From Zygnema circumcarinatum SAG 698-1b (taxonomy: Eukaryota > Plantae > Zygnematophyceae), in NCBI GenBank assembly GCA_037447605.1, contig CM074813.1:1-64000 (forward strand): a DNA stretch of 64,000 nt, read 5' to 3'. Below are positions 1 to 11,711 of this stretch, piece after piece. The notes under the pieces were generated by a model that was not told the origin of the DNA, searched no databases, and saw nothing but the letters and a program-made list of their open reading frames with translations. How positions within the stretch are numbered: position 1 is the first letter of the stretch; the number at the start of each line of letters is the position of its first letter. The translations under genes were made by a program, and so were the position numbers.

Positions 1-106
1 TATGCAAATTTAATATTTCGCCTCATTTTGCCCAACCGGTGGAAAAATATGCGAGTGACCCCCTCTTTAACACTGCATGATCATATACAGCACTCCCCAC
101 TCATTA

Positions 107-295
107 GGGGAGTCAGACCTTGACGAAATTCCCGAATTCCTTATACTAAAAGTCACTTCTGTCGTGTACGAATTCCGGGTCGGGATCCGCGGCTCCGCCG
201 AGCCCAGCCGTACCGAAATGCATACCTAGCCAATGCTTAATTCGCCCAACAGGCTTACGAAATTGATTTGGCGATGGTGAAGGTCTGACTCCCCC
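107..295. mobile_element. MITE family 1, copy a (TIR GGGG(G)AGTCAGACC, TA-flanked)
   Basis: TA|GGGGAGTCAGACCTT ... AAGGTCTGACTCCCCC|TA. The interior is the near reverse complement of 60126-60323. Confidence 0.8.
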
Positions 296-312
296 TAATA
301 GGCGGGGCAGTA

Positions 313-586
313 CAGTAAGCCCCCCCCACCCTAGTATTTGCGTTTCCCAAGAAATTCGCCTTGATTTTGAGGAAACAACTTTTAGTACGGTAAGTCTGTG
401 TTAATGTATTAGGGGTGTTAACCTAACCTGACCTGTTTTCCATTACAAAATCTGTTAATCGAAACGGATTTCAAACATGGGTCACGTTATTCCATTGTAT
501 GGTATGTACGAATAAAATCTCAAAATCGTACGGTATATGTACGGACCAATAGGAGCTTGTGGAGTTAAATGTACGACACCCATAGG
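313..586. mobile_element. Tc1/mariner-like MITE X, left part, interrupted by the 587-21704 insertion
   Basis: Starts TA|CAGTAAGCCCC. 403-586 is the reverse complement of about 22745-22925. It continues at 21713-21886, ending GAGCTACTG|TA. Confidence 0.7.
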
Positions 587-589
587 CAG

Positions 590-2330
590 TGTAGCACAAG
601 ATAAGTGGGGTTAAGAGGAGATCACGTCTACCAAGGTGCCTGCACGCAAGCAACCAGTGACCCTGGCCCCCAAAACTAACGGCGGGGCTGGATTGGGGTC
701 AGGGTCCGCTCGCAAAGATAGAGCCAGAACCGGGGATTCGTGAGGTACGGGTACCAAGACTTTTAGGGATCCTCAAGATGTGTTCCCGCCGCAGGGGCCG
801 GACTTGATGCTAAAAGAGCCCTCCCTTGTGTTCTCTCTTTTTCTGTTCTCTCTTCAGCTATTCTCTTTGCTAGGCTCCTAGTTATCATTGGTCATTGGGA
901 GGAATGGAAGGCAGGATACAGCAAGTTCAGAGCTTGGCATAGAGGCAGCAAAGGGAAGATAGGAATCAGCTTAGAAAAAGGGTGTGTCTTTGAAACTCAC
1001 CCCAGTCAGCGATTGGCTGGGGATTCTCATTACAATATAAGTGTCTTCTCACTGAAATGCTTGTCTGGCTGGGCTGAATGGGATGTCTAAATGCTATCAG
1101 CAAGAAGACTCTCTCTCTCTCTCTTTGTAGTGGAACTCTTTCTCTCTCTAACTAGCATCTGTTGCTGGAGCTTGAGAGGAAGAAAAGAAGAACAGGAAAA
1201 CAAACCACATAGCAAATACAAATACTAAGCCCAGCACTAAAAGACAAACTAGCATCACTGACATCCCATCTATCTATCTCTGACAGTAAATCCTGAGTCT
1301 TAGTAGTGACAGCCTCTGATTGGCCAACGGACCACTGAGTGGCCTGGCTGACTATGTGGAGCCTTATGATAGGTCAACTAATANNNNNNNNNNATGCGGG
1401 GGGGGGGGAAACAAGCGCACGCCCCGGCAGGCGCAATGAAGAAGAGAAGAAGGGAAGTGGAGGTCCAATGGAGGGATGTGGGATATCTGGATGCAATGTA
1501 GAGGTAGGGGGAGGAAGGAAGAGAGAGAGAAGAAAGGGCAGGGGGCCAGAGTGAGGATGACGAGCAGGAGTGAGGAAAAGTGGAGGAGACAGAATCCGAG
1601 AGGGAAGGAGGAAGTGGCGTAGACAATGATGATGGGGACGGAGGCAGCGGTGGGCGAGACGGTGGCCGTGGGGAGAAGCTCCCGCGTACATTCGTCAATG
1701 GGGAGGAGTGGCATGACCGCACTGCGGAAGCGCTGCATGGGGCCCTGGAAGGAGGAAGGATTCTGGAGTGTCCACAACGGAAGGAGGTGAAAGGAACTGG
1801 GGCTGCAGAGCAGAACGTCAGGTAGATGAACAGAAAGGGGAAGCGGTGGAAGTGAGGCAAGGGAAGTGGATGTAGCAAGAGGGAGAGGACTGTAGTGGGA
1901 AGAGAAGAGGAGAGCAACTGAGGTGGGGAGAGGAGGCTAGACTAAGGAATGCGGAGATTCAGAATTGATGCGATGCTGCAAGGATGGAAGGCTTGAAGTG
2001 AGAGGACAATCAGGGAGAAACTGAAAAAAAAGGGGGGGGCAGAATAAGCAGGCTAGAATTCAGAACCGAATTGGGAGGGAGAGGAGCAAGAACTGAGCTG
2101 GTGGGGTAGGGCACCGTGGCGAGTGGGAGAAAGTCCCGTGTAGTTTCTGTGATGGAGAGGCGTGTCATGGCCGCATCTGAAGAGGCTGCCGGGCTGACCT
2201 GAGTAGGTGGCACCCACGTGGAGGGGAAAGCTGGTGGATCCATGTGTTGAAGCAGGGGTCTGCTCCCCACTTCCGGCGCCACCTCGGGTGTCGCCCTCCA
2301 TTGGAACTTGAGTTCCCACGGATGAGGACA
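590..2330 (-). mobile_element. Ty3/Gypsy family B remnant: 3' LTR (about 590-1383) plus 3' internal region
   Basis: Inverted homolog of about 20200-21701. Shared blocks include GGGCTTAGTATTTGTATTTG, GTTATCATTGGTCATTGGGAGGAAT and GGGGGGGGGAAACAAGCGCAC. N-gap at 1384-1393. Confidence 0.75.
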
Positions 2331-2685
2331 TTCAAAACACTCAAAGCTCTATCTTACTTCACTCATCGCCCATAACAACAGAATGAAGCTACAAGACAAG
2401 CATAGCGGAAATCACAATGAGAGAGTGTTAGGAGAAAGCTCACGGCTCTAAAACTCCTTATAACAAAAGTGTCTTCCCACAATGAAGTTCTCCCACTACT
2501 TCAAGGTCCCTCTCACTCACTACCTCACGACGCAAGTGTAGGCAGCCTAGCAGCACGAGCAGGCACAGAATAAGACCCGAGACTATGACAGAGTAGTGTG
2601 GGTGGATTACTTCCCATAATAAAACTATGCACTATATAATATGGCGTCCGTGACGTGACACACATGTCACGTCGCGTCTGCCATT
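2330..2685 (-). repeat. Possible Copia LTR fragment
   Basis: Non-coding, with a TATA-like TATTATATAG on the minus strand. It lies downstream of a Copia RT fragment across an N-gap. Termini not confirmed. Confidence 0.3.
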
Positions 2686-2695
2686 NNNNNNNNNN

Positions 2696-3700
2696 AAGCT
2701 ACCGTCCTGCCTCCTCTTCAACTGCATTCCTAGGAGATACTGCGCCTCCCCTAGATCCGACATTTTGAAGTTAGCTTCCAAAAGCCGCTTCAAATCATTG
2801 ATTCTCTCCAATGAGAGGCTCACCATTATGAGGTCGTCCACGTAGATCCCAACGTACATGAGATCCGCCTCTTCTCCTTGTCGGTACACGGAATGATCCG
2901 TCTCGAATCGCGCAAATCCGTTACTCCGCAGGAGGTCATCAATTTTCTCGTACCAAATCCTGGGCGCCTGTTTCAGTCCGTACAAACTCTTCACAAGACG
3001 ACAAACGAGATGCTCCGCCTGAGTAACTTTCCCCTTCTAAGTCGCACTCACGTAGATCTCCTCACAGATCTCCGCATTTAAACGCGGCCTTGATATCGAA
3101 GCTGATGTACGCATCCCTCTACCGGCCGCAATTCCATATTGGGTGGCAATCTGAGGAAATAACTTCACCACAAGCGGCAAACCTGTAGTCGATTCGCACG
3201 CCTGGTTCAAGCCCTTCGCCACCGCGCCTTGTAACGTCGACATGGCCCGCTTCAGGCTTCACCTTGAACACCCACTTGCATCCAATGGCTCGCTTCCCCT
3301 CTCGGCAGCCTCCTCAAGCTCGCCACGCCGTTTCTCCAGCGAACCGCCCCACCAACATCGCCGCCGCCACTTCTCCATCGACCACAAGGCTACCCTCAAA
3401 GGTTTGCAGGCTCGGTGATCATAAAATAAGGCGCCCCGCTGGTGGTCCTCACTGACCAGAGGGCACTCTTTTCCTCAGACTAGGTTAGTCTCAGCGTAAG
3501 GCCTCGTAGTGATCGTGCCCTCACCACACGGGTGTTCTCCGAGGTCCTTTGCGCCTCCTCGCCTCGTGTTGAAGAAAACTCGACAAACCCGGAGGCATGC
3601 TCGCATAACATAAGCCTCTTTCGCCTCCAAATCCTCGCACTCTTCATGCAAAGGTACGCTTTGGCCGCAGTTCTCCTCGCCGACAAAGTGAAATACAGAA
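2696..3700 (-). pseudogene. pol: Ty1/Copia element 1: RT and post-integrase linker, fragmented
   Basis: KSLYGLKQAPRIWYEKID...YVGIYVDDLIMVS (Copia RT, YVDD). WVFKVK and LVAKG motifs at about 3200-3280. The linker is homologous to 10190-10280. Confidence 0.85.
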
Positions 3701-4387
3701 TAGAAGGTAACGCCAGGCTGCGACTTCGAGGCGCATTTCATATGATACTAAGGACTATCCCTTCATCTCGCCAAATGGATAGGTTAGACGCTGCCAAGAC
3801 CGCGGAGGTTTTGGGCTCATCCTTGTGGCGCGTAGCGATCTCTTTGATCGTGATCGGGTCGGTTGTGGGTAATGGACGCACCGACATACGGATCCTGCGG
3901 CTGTGAGGTGCCGGGCGCTGCTGCTGCCAAGAGGCTGCAGGCGCGCTGCCGCTCGGGCGGTAAAGTACTCCGCTGGTGATGCGGCGTATCTTTTGATGGG
4001 GTACTGGCCCTCAGACCGTGACGGATGTGGAAGCCGCGCGGCTGTGTCCGACTCCCGCCGGGGATTAGCCGCGGCGCCACAAGACGACGCACGCCAGCGA
4101 CGCCATCGCGCCCCGCGGCAGATGCGTGGGCGAGACCACGGGCGCTTGTCCTCACCGGAGCACCGGGTTAAGGATCACCACGCCGCTGGGCTCGATTGGG
4201 CAGCCCCGGCCCCGCGTCCTCCATGCCGTAGGGGTCTGGGCGGGGAGCTTGGGGGTCACGCGCCTCGATGGGAGAGACCATCCGGCTCTTTAGGCCTCAG
4301 CATTGAGCTCACGCTCCTCTCTCTCCCTCTCTCTCTTCTCTCCCCGGCTAATTTAGTTCGTAAATACTGGCCAAGTGTGGTGTTACA
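3701..4387 (+). repeat. 5' LTR of Ty3/Gypsy family A (left edge approximate)
   Basis: Homologous along its length to the reverse complement of 11712-12367. Ends GGTGTTACA and is followed by a PBS. Confidence 0.8.
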
Positions 4388-4388
4388 T

Positions 4389-4402
4389 TGGTATCGTGAG
4401 CC
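4389..4402 (+). promoter_or_regulatory. Primer-binding site (tRNA-iMet-like)
   Basis: TGGTATCGTGAGCC one base after the LTR CA end. The canonical iMet PBS is TGGTATCAGAGC. Confidence 0.75.
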
Positions 4403-5221
4403 GAAAGTTAGAGTTCGGCCTCTTTGGAGGGGCAAGACGCTGCTAGCCGCAGTTATGCTGAAAGCGCTGCCGGGCGTATGGGCGTCACGCCACTACCTTC
4501 CCCTTTCTCAAAGGGATTTCCTCCTCGGGAGGAGGACGCGGACATGGGCGCCAACCGTGGGCGCCACTTCGCACCCCATGGACACGGGCCCTGCTGCCCT
4601 GAATTCCCACGGCCTTCTTCGCGACGAGATCGGCGGCCTCAGCCGCCGCCGTAGGAGCAATAAGGCCGCAAACTCAAGCAGGAGTGCAGCGCCCACCTCG
4701 GCTGTAGGTCGGAGGGGCTACCCCCTCGGGCGGGTGAAATCTCACCACCCCCCAAAGTGAGTGGGGGGGTGCCCATCCCCAAGTGATGAAGTCCTCCGCC
4801 GAGCGGAGGCCAGCGCGGATAAGCGCTTTTCCGCTGGGCTGGAGGGAGGCGCCGGGCTCCTGGAAGGCAGCGCCACAAAGAAGACGCTGCTCCAGCCAGA
4901 ACGTGGAGCCCTCGGCGTAGATCTTGGAGCAGGCCGCAGAATCGAGGACCCTCCTCCACCCACTGTAAGTTTTACAACCTTCCTCTCAGTATTTGCCGAT
5001 ACAAAGAGGGAGAGGCGGCAGCCTGGGGAAGGGAGTCAAGTAGCCACTGTAGGTGTGTAGGGATTGTTGCCCGCCGCTTCTGCGCTGGCGTGGTCTGACA
5101 CGTGGGCGCCTGGGCCACGTAGGGCTGGGGCTCACCGCGCCGCTACCCTTCGGGCGGGAGCGTACCGCAGCTCGCTCTCTTTGAAGGAGGTGGCGGACCG
5201 CCAAAGAATCCTTTCCCCGCC

Positions 5222-5987
5222 GTGCTGGCGTGGACGGGCGACCCTACTGGGGTCCGGCCGCTTTCAGACCCTCCCCGGAAATCGGGCGTAAGGTCCTCCT
5301 CGACCCCTATGGGGGATCACCCGGCCGCATGCCGCCCAATTGGATCATTGGTCAGTGTGCGTGGGTACTTTTGTGCTACCCAATGCCCTCCCGATCAATG
5401 GGTGAACTTTGCTTCACCCGCTTTGAGGGGCGTGGCATGGAGCGTCTATGCCGGCCGCAAGGCGTTAATCGGCAAAGACTTTGAGAAGTTCGAGTCGGAA
5501 CTTCTCAAACACTTTGGCATCCTCGATCCCGCTGCCGGCAGACGTGGGATGTGTTCCAGCCGCCGCGCAGACTGAAGCGCGGGCGTAATTCCCTAATGGA
5601 ATTGCGGCGGCTTGGGCTTCGTACCTTCACATTGTTCCCACCGACCAAGAGTTCTTTTCTTCCGGGTTCACCATGGGATTGAAGCCAAGACGCTCGAAAT
5701 GCCTTCAAGCAAATCCTCGCATCTTTGGAACCTTGGGGACCTATGGATGATGAGCTGATGTTTGCAGCTGCAGTCCAAACTGACGTTGCGCCTACAGATG
5801 GTGCAGGGCCTTCCCGTCCCCCGCGTGCGGACACGGTCGAACAGCCGCGCAAAACTGGTGCGCCAGGCGGCCGACCTAAGGGAAATGGCAAGAGGAAATT
5901 TCCTTCCTCTCACCAGCAGCAGCACCAACGGCCACAGCCGCAAAAACTTGCTCCACAGGAGATGGAGGCTTTGCGCGCGGAAAACAN
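5222..5987 (+). pseudogene. gag: Family A gag, frameshifted or error-dense, cut by an N-gap at the zinc knuckle
   Basis: RGYFCATQCPPDQWVNFAS...FEKFESELLKHFG is a retrotransposon gag-like segment. 5700-5987 is near-identical to the reverse complement of 16770-17030. Confidence 0.7.
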
Positions 5988-5997
5988 NNNNNNNNNG

Positions 5998-7212
5998 GCA
6001 GTGATGCCTTAGTGCAATGTGCATTTGATGCCTTGCGCTTGCTGCGGTCGAAAGACCATGTACTCAGTTTACGAGTACTGCTCCCACAACACGTGGCAGT
6101 GAAGGCATATCCACAGACTGAGTGGAAAGTGGTAAAGCTTTGGAAGAAGGGCTTCTCCCTTCTTAGGTGGATGATTGGAGCTCCTACCACTGTGCTGGGG
6201 AAGTCTCCTCATCCCCTTGTGTGGCGGTTAGCTCGCCCCCACGCACCGAATGTGCTACGGTCCATTTTCCACTTGTCTCATCGTGCTATGACCTTCCAGG
6301 GTTCGGCCGATGGACACTCAGCAGTGGTTTTGCTGGACACTGGCGCGGACGCTAACTTTGTTAGCGCAGCCTTTGTCAGGACTGCGGGGTTTGCAGTCCA
6401 GCCTCATTCCGATAGTGTAACTTTCGGGGATGGACGCACGGGCCAGATTTCTGGCAGCGTCAGCGTGAAATTGAAGATTCAGTCTTACTCCGGGGTGGTC
6501 AACTGCTTGTTGACGTTATTAGCCCCAGGAACAGACTTGATCTTGGGGAGCAAATGGCTGACGCTTATGGGCGCTCAGTTAGATTTTGTTGTCCCTAATT
6601 GCGTCCTCCGCAGTGAAGGGAGACGCATGACTCTGCAACCAGGCACTCCTTCGGGACCAGCCTCGTCGCGGTCATCTTTGTCGTTTCTGTGCTCCGCCAT
6701 GCAATTGGGCAGAGCACTAAAAACGAGTAGCATCTTGTTTATGGTGCAAGTCATGACGGCAACCGAGGACGCTCATGACGGGGACCAGGAGTGGCAACCC
6801 ACTGCGGGTGAAACAATGCCAACTGTCCCAACTGTGTTTCAACCCTTGTTGAAAGCGTTTGAGGATGTATTCCCAGACGATCTGCCAAGGGGTCTGCCTC
6901 CAGCCAGAGGGGTGGGGCATACCATACCCCTTGAGCCAGAACAGAAACCTCCTTGGAGGCCTATCTATAGGCTTAGTCCGAAGGAGACTGAGGAGATGCG
7001 AAAGCAACTCGCTAACCTGCGTGAGAAGGGCTGGATTGAGCCCAGCCAGAGTCCCTTTGGGGCTCCCATCCTCTTCGTTGGTAAGAAGGATGGGTCTTTG
7101 CGAATGTGCATCGATTATCGAGCACTCAATAAGATCACGGTAAAGAACAGGTTTGCTTTACCGCGCATAGATGATCTTCTGGACCGTCTGCAAGGGGCGA
7201 AGGTGTTCACCT
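5998..7212 (+). CDS. pol: Family A pol: aspartic protease plus N-terminal RT, truncated
   Basis: [13 protein letters not shown] (protease). PIYRLSPKE...[54 protein letters not shown] (Ty3/Gypsy RT). Confidence 0.9.
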
Positions 7213-7262
7213 ATGCTCAGAGATCACGGTGTTTTTAGGGTGGATTACAAATACCGGGCACT

Positions 7263-7275
7263 GGCTCTGATACCA
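7263..7275 (-). promoter_or_regulatory. Perfect tRNA-iMet PBS on the minus strand
   Basis: The minus strand reads ...CCGTACA-T-TGGTATCAGAGCC, a 13-nt canonical PBS after an LTR-like CA end at 7277. Confidence 0.6.
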
Positions 7276-7404
7276 ATGTACGGAACCCGTTCCTTAGTGG
7301 CCTGAGGGGCTAAGGCTGTAGTCCATGTGTTGAAGGAGCTTGAACGCTGCTCGTGAAAACCCTTGAGTGCGCTCGAGGACGAGCCCGGTTTAGGTGGGGA
7401 GGAA

Positions 7405-7534
7405 TGTAGCGAAACGCTATACATGTGTTGTATGGCCTAGTACTTACATCCGCGGTTGCCTTTTAATGGTAAAGCACTGGTGTGGGTACCGGGAGGTCTT
7501 GTGTTCAAACCTTGCAGTTGGCAGGTTTGTTACA
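7405..7534 (+). repeat. Short (130 bp) LTR with family-A-like termini, preceded by a PPT at 7392-7404; contains a tRNA-like segment
   Basis: AGGTGGGGAGGAA|TGTAGCGAAACGCTA ... TGTTACA, compared with family A AGGGGGGAGTAA|TGTAGCGTAACGCTA ... TGTTACA. Copia sequence resumes at 7535. Confidence 0.6.
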
Positions 7535-8161
7535 GTAGTGGTGCCGTCTCCGTCGAAGGTTGCGGCTCCCCCGCTTGCGGCTCCTCGGGTTCAACTCCCA
7601 CGGCCGCCTCCACGTTCGGCGTTGCTTCCAGCTCAGCTCCCTCGCTCTCTGGCGTGCTGATCTCCTCTGAAGCTGGGACCTGAGAGGCGTCCATGCCCTC
7701 TTCGCTGGTCTCCACATCCTCGTACACAATTTCTAAACCTGCCTTTGGGGTGCGGGTCTCACCTAGCCGAGTCACCGCCCCCTTCTCATCCACCGTAACG
7801 TCTCTCGAGCTCTGTACTTCGTTTGCTCGAGGGTTCCACACCCGGTAGGTGCGACTGTCCATGTTGTAGCCGAGAAGGTACCCTTCCANNNNNNNNNNCC
7901 CTCATCTTCTTCTCTCCTATAATGAAGGTAATACAGGCCTCCCTTCTCGTACCCCTCAAACAGCCGCTTCCCCGATTCCAAGTGAGTAGCTACGCAAGAC
8001 TTCTCCTTAAAGGTGACTTCGTACCCCCTCTTACATACTTGACTAACTGACATGAAGTTCTGTTTCAGATCAGGGGTGTGAAGTACGTCACCGATGCACA
8101 ACCGCTCTTCTCTTTCTTCTTCGTGGATGACAGAGCCGTCTCCGAGGATCATCTTTACTAC
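7535..8161 (-). pseudogene. pol: Ty1/Copia element 1, continued: post-integrase region and protease fragment
   Basis: YLLGYNMDSRTYRVWNPRANEVQSSRDVTVDE. VLHTPDLKQNFMSVSQVCKRGYEVTF...GGLYYL. It resumes at about the point where 3700 stops. Confidence 0.85.
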
Positions 8162-8171
8162 NNNNNNNNNN

Positions 8172-8393
8172 TAGTTGACCTCGTCACAGTCCGCGGACCG
8201 CACTAAGGGTCTGACGCGGGTCCGCCGACATCACCGACTTCTCCGCGCCCGAAAAGCGTACGGGCCACCGACATTTGGCCCGACCGTATTTCCTAGGACT
8301 ACTACTAGCAGATCTCATGTTTCCCAACTGAGGACCACAACGATGTTAGTGTGAACCCATACAATGTCTAACTATAACACACTAACACTAACA
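8172..8393 (-). repeat. Copia element 2, 3' LTR (partial), with PPT at 8394-8404
   Basis: After the RNase H stop at 8410 the minus strand reads AAGAGGGGGAT|TGTTAGTGTTAG. Confidence 0.75.
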
Positions 8394-8409
8394 ATCCCCC
8401 TCTTGGGAC

Positions 8410-11400
8410 TCAGTTCCTCATGGGCCCTAGCCCAATGAGTCTGCTATTCACTAGTAGTGTCTCCCCGCTAACTCCCTTAGTCAACATATCCGCAGCCTGC
8501 TCCTTCGTCCCCACAAACTTCACAACAATCATCCCCTCCTCTACCAATTCTCGCACATAATGGTATTGCACTCTGATGTGCTTTGTTCTCTTATGAAACA
8601 CAGGGTTTTCAACAAGAGCAATGGACGACTGGTTATCCGTGAACAAAGTCAAGGGACGTTGTGGCCTCTTACACTCATCAAAGAAATGTTGGAACCAAAC
8701 TCCCTCCTTAAGCTGAGTGACATGTGCTCCCCATGTACTTCGCCCGGTCTTGAACAAGCGCCCAGCCGAGAATCCTGTAGCCGGAAATGTGGGATAAGCT
8801 CCACTGCGTTAAATTAAAGCAAATCGAGGAGGTCGATGGCGATGTGTCCGCGTCACCTCCCTAGTAGGAAGTCGGTGTATCCGGTGACTGCGATTGAAGC
8901 CCTCTCTAAATGTAGTCAGTACTCAGGTCCCGTCTGGCGAAGATTTGCTTCACGGCCTCACAATGCTTTCGGGGCGGGATTCTCCATGAACCGACTCGCG
9001 GCACTCACAGCTTTCGCCAAGTCCGGTCGGGTACCATTATCATTAGGTACATTAAACTTCCGATAGCAGATCCGTACGGCACTCCGTACATGCGCTGTAC
9101 CTCCGCGTCCGTCGCGGGCTCCATATCTTTCGACAATCTCGCGCCGATCTCCATACTTAGGGCTGGTACACGATGCGCCTCCCTCCGTATTAAATCTACC
9201 GCCAAGTACATCAGCGTGATACTTCTTCGACTTAGGAGCGAGACTTCCGTCACCCTCTTCGGTACATATCCCGGGGAGATACTGCGCCTCCCTAGATCCG
9301 ACATCACGGAAGTTAGCACACGCAAAGCTTCTTGGTCCATTGATTCTCTCAAGTGGGAGCTCACCATAATAATGAGGTCATCCACGTAGATCCCAACAAG
9401 CATTGCATAGAGATCTCCCTCCTCTCTCCTTGTCGGTGGAGCAGATGATCCGTCTCAAAGCAAAATCGTTCTCCTGAAGATGGTCCGATCTTCACCGTGC
9501 GAGATCACGGGTGCACGCCCCGATCCGTCTGAGACTCTTCACTAGGCAGCAGGGCGGGGTACTCTGCCCGGGACAACTTTCCCGCCGGGCTGCTCCATGT
9601 AAGATCTCCTGGTGGCGAGATCTCCGTCTGAAACGGTCTTGATATCTAGCTGATGGACATGCATTCCCTCAGCAGCTGCGATCGAAATTAGGGCACAGGA
9701 GGGAGTTAAACTTCACCACCGGGGCGAAAGTCTCCGTGTAGTCGATTCCGTACTACTGGCTGTAGCCCTTCGCCACCAGCCGCGCCTTGTAACGGTCGAC
9801 ACTCCCGTCCGCCTTCCGCTTCACCTTGAACACCCACTTGCATCCAATCGCTCTCCTTCCCTTCGGTAGCAGCTTCTCCGGTCGCCATGTCGGGTTCTAT
9901 ACCGTAGAACTATTCCACTTCGCTATCGTCGCTGCTCGCCACTTGGCTCCATCGACCCCATCGTGACCTCCTTTCGAAGGTTTCTTGACTCCGGTGATCG
10001 TAACTGGCGATGAGCAACTCCTAGAGGTCGGCGGTCGCGTAGGCACTCTCTCTGCATCGGGTTAGTCTGCGGCGGCACGTATCGTTCGGGGCCTCCTCAC
10101 AGCACAGGTGCTCCTCCAGCGGTCACTAGCGTTCTCCCCACTCCTCGAGTTGAAGAAAATTCCGGGAACAAATCCCGGAGGCATCCTTGCCCTCATCGCG
10201 TCTCTCTCAGCCATCTCCAAGTCCTCAGACTCCTGCCCGTGCAAAGGTACAGTTTCGACCGAGTCTTCCTCATCCGACAGGTGAGTGTGTAGTGGGGCCG
10301 TCTCCGTCGATTTCTCCGGCTCCCCCGCTTGCGGCACTTCGGGTTCGACTCCCGCCTCCGCCTCGACGTTCGGTGTTGCTCCCGAGTCAGCTCCTCCGCT
10401 CTCCGGCGTGCTGATCTCCTCCAAAACCGGGACCTGAGAGGCTTCAACGCCTTCTCCGCTGGTCTCCACGTCCTCATACACAATCTCCAATCCTGCCTTT
10501 TGGGGCTGGGTCTCACCTAGTCGTGTCACCACCCCTTTCTCGTCCACCGTGATGTCCCTCGAGCTCTGCACTTCCTTCGCTCGCGGGTTCCAAATCCTGT
10601 AGGTGCGACTATCAATGTTGTAGCCGAGAACATACCCTTCAACGGCTCGCGGGTCGAACTTCCTCTTCTGTCTCGCCTTCGGCACCGTCGACCAGCAGCG
10701 CGCTCCGAAAGCCTTCAGGTGGGAAACCGTGGGTTTTCTCCCCTCCACACCTCCTCGGAACACGGTCCTTGAGCACAGAGATGGGCATCTATTCTAGGTA
10801 GCTCGCGGTCATCACGCCTCTCCCGAAGCGGAAGGGGAGATCTATCCAGCATGGTCCTTCTGTCTAGCGTCCTATTTACCCTTTCGGCAGCTCCATTACT
10901 TTGAGGGAGTAGGGGGCAGAAGTCGTACCCTAATTCCACGAGTCTTGAGGGTGTTTCGCCCGAACTCCGCCGACTTGAACTCCCCTCCGTTGTCACGGCA
11001 CCAGAGTCTTGATTTTACGTCCGCTCTCTCGCTCCCATCACGAGTGCGCCAATCTGCGAGAAGGCTCCAGCCTCGGACGTTCTTGAGAATTTTTCACCCA
11101 AATTTTCCTCGAAAAATCATCGAGAAAAGTGATGAAGTACCGAGCTCCTCCACTCGTTGCCGGTGTCACGGGGCCACAAAGGTCGGTGTGAACCAACTCC
11201 AGTTTCTCCTGCGCATGGTACGCCTCCTCTCCGCTCCTCGCGAATGGTTTCCGATGCGCCTTCCCCTCTACACACTCCTTGCAAAAGCCGAGCTCCTTCT
11301 CCACGACATCTACGTCTAACCCACGGACCAGCCCCTTAGCGGCAAGCTGTTGCAACCCCGATGGTTAAGATGTCCAAGTCTCACGATGCGGAGATTTATG

Positions 11401-11711
11401 GCGTTCGGCCACGGCCATCGCATCTTCATCCTCGTCTTCTATAATGAAGTATCTGAGACCTCCCTTCTCCTTACCCCTCAACGGCCCGGCTTCCCGTCCT
11501 TTGCATGAGTAGCTACACAAGACTTCTCCTTGAATGTGATCTTGTACCCCCTCGTACACACCTGGCTAACAGACATGAAGTTCTGTTTCAGCTCGGGGGT
11601 GTGGAGTACATCACCGATACACAAACGCTCCTCTCTCTCCTCTTTGTAGATGACAGAGCCGTCTCCGAGAATCATCTTGACTACTCCACCCTTCGTGACT
11701 GTCACTCCCTC
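8410..11711 (-). pseudogene. pol: Ty1/Copia element 2 pol: protease part, GAG-pre-integrase, integrase, RT, RNase H; many frameshifts
   Basis: RNase H TDNQSSIALVENPVFHKRTKHIRVQYHYVRE...AADMLTK. RT IYVDDLII. Integrase CKECVEGKAHRKPF...LELVHTDLCGP...FLDDFSRK and PQSNGAAERVNRTL. Domain order is Copia-type. Interrupted at 11711 by a family A LTR. Confidence 0.9.

Noticed and set aside
3903-4760. 285-aa ORF
   Set aside because: Runs through the GC-rich LTR, PBS and leader; not a plausible protein.
7449-7522. Functional tRNA gene
   Set aside because: The acceptor and T stems do not pair and the anticodon loop is 6 nt; kept only as tRNA-like.
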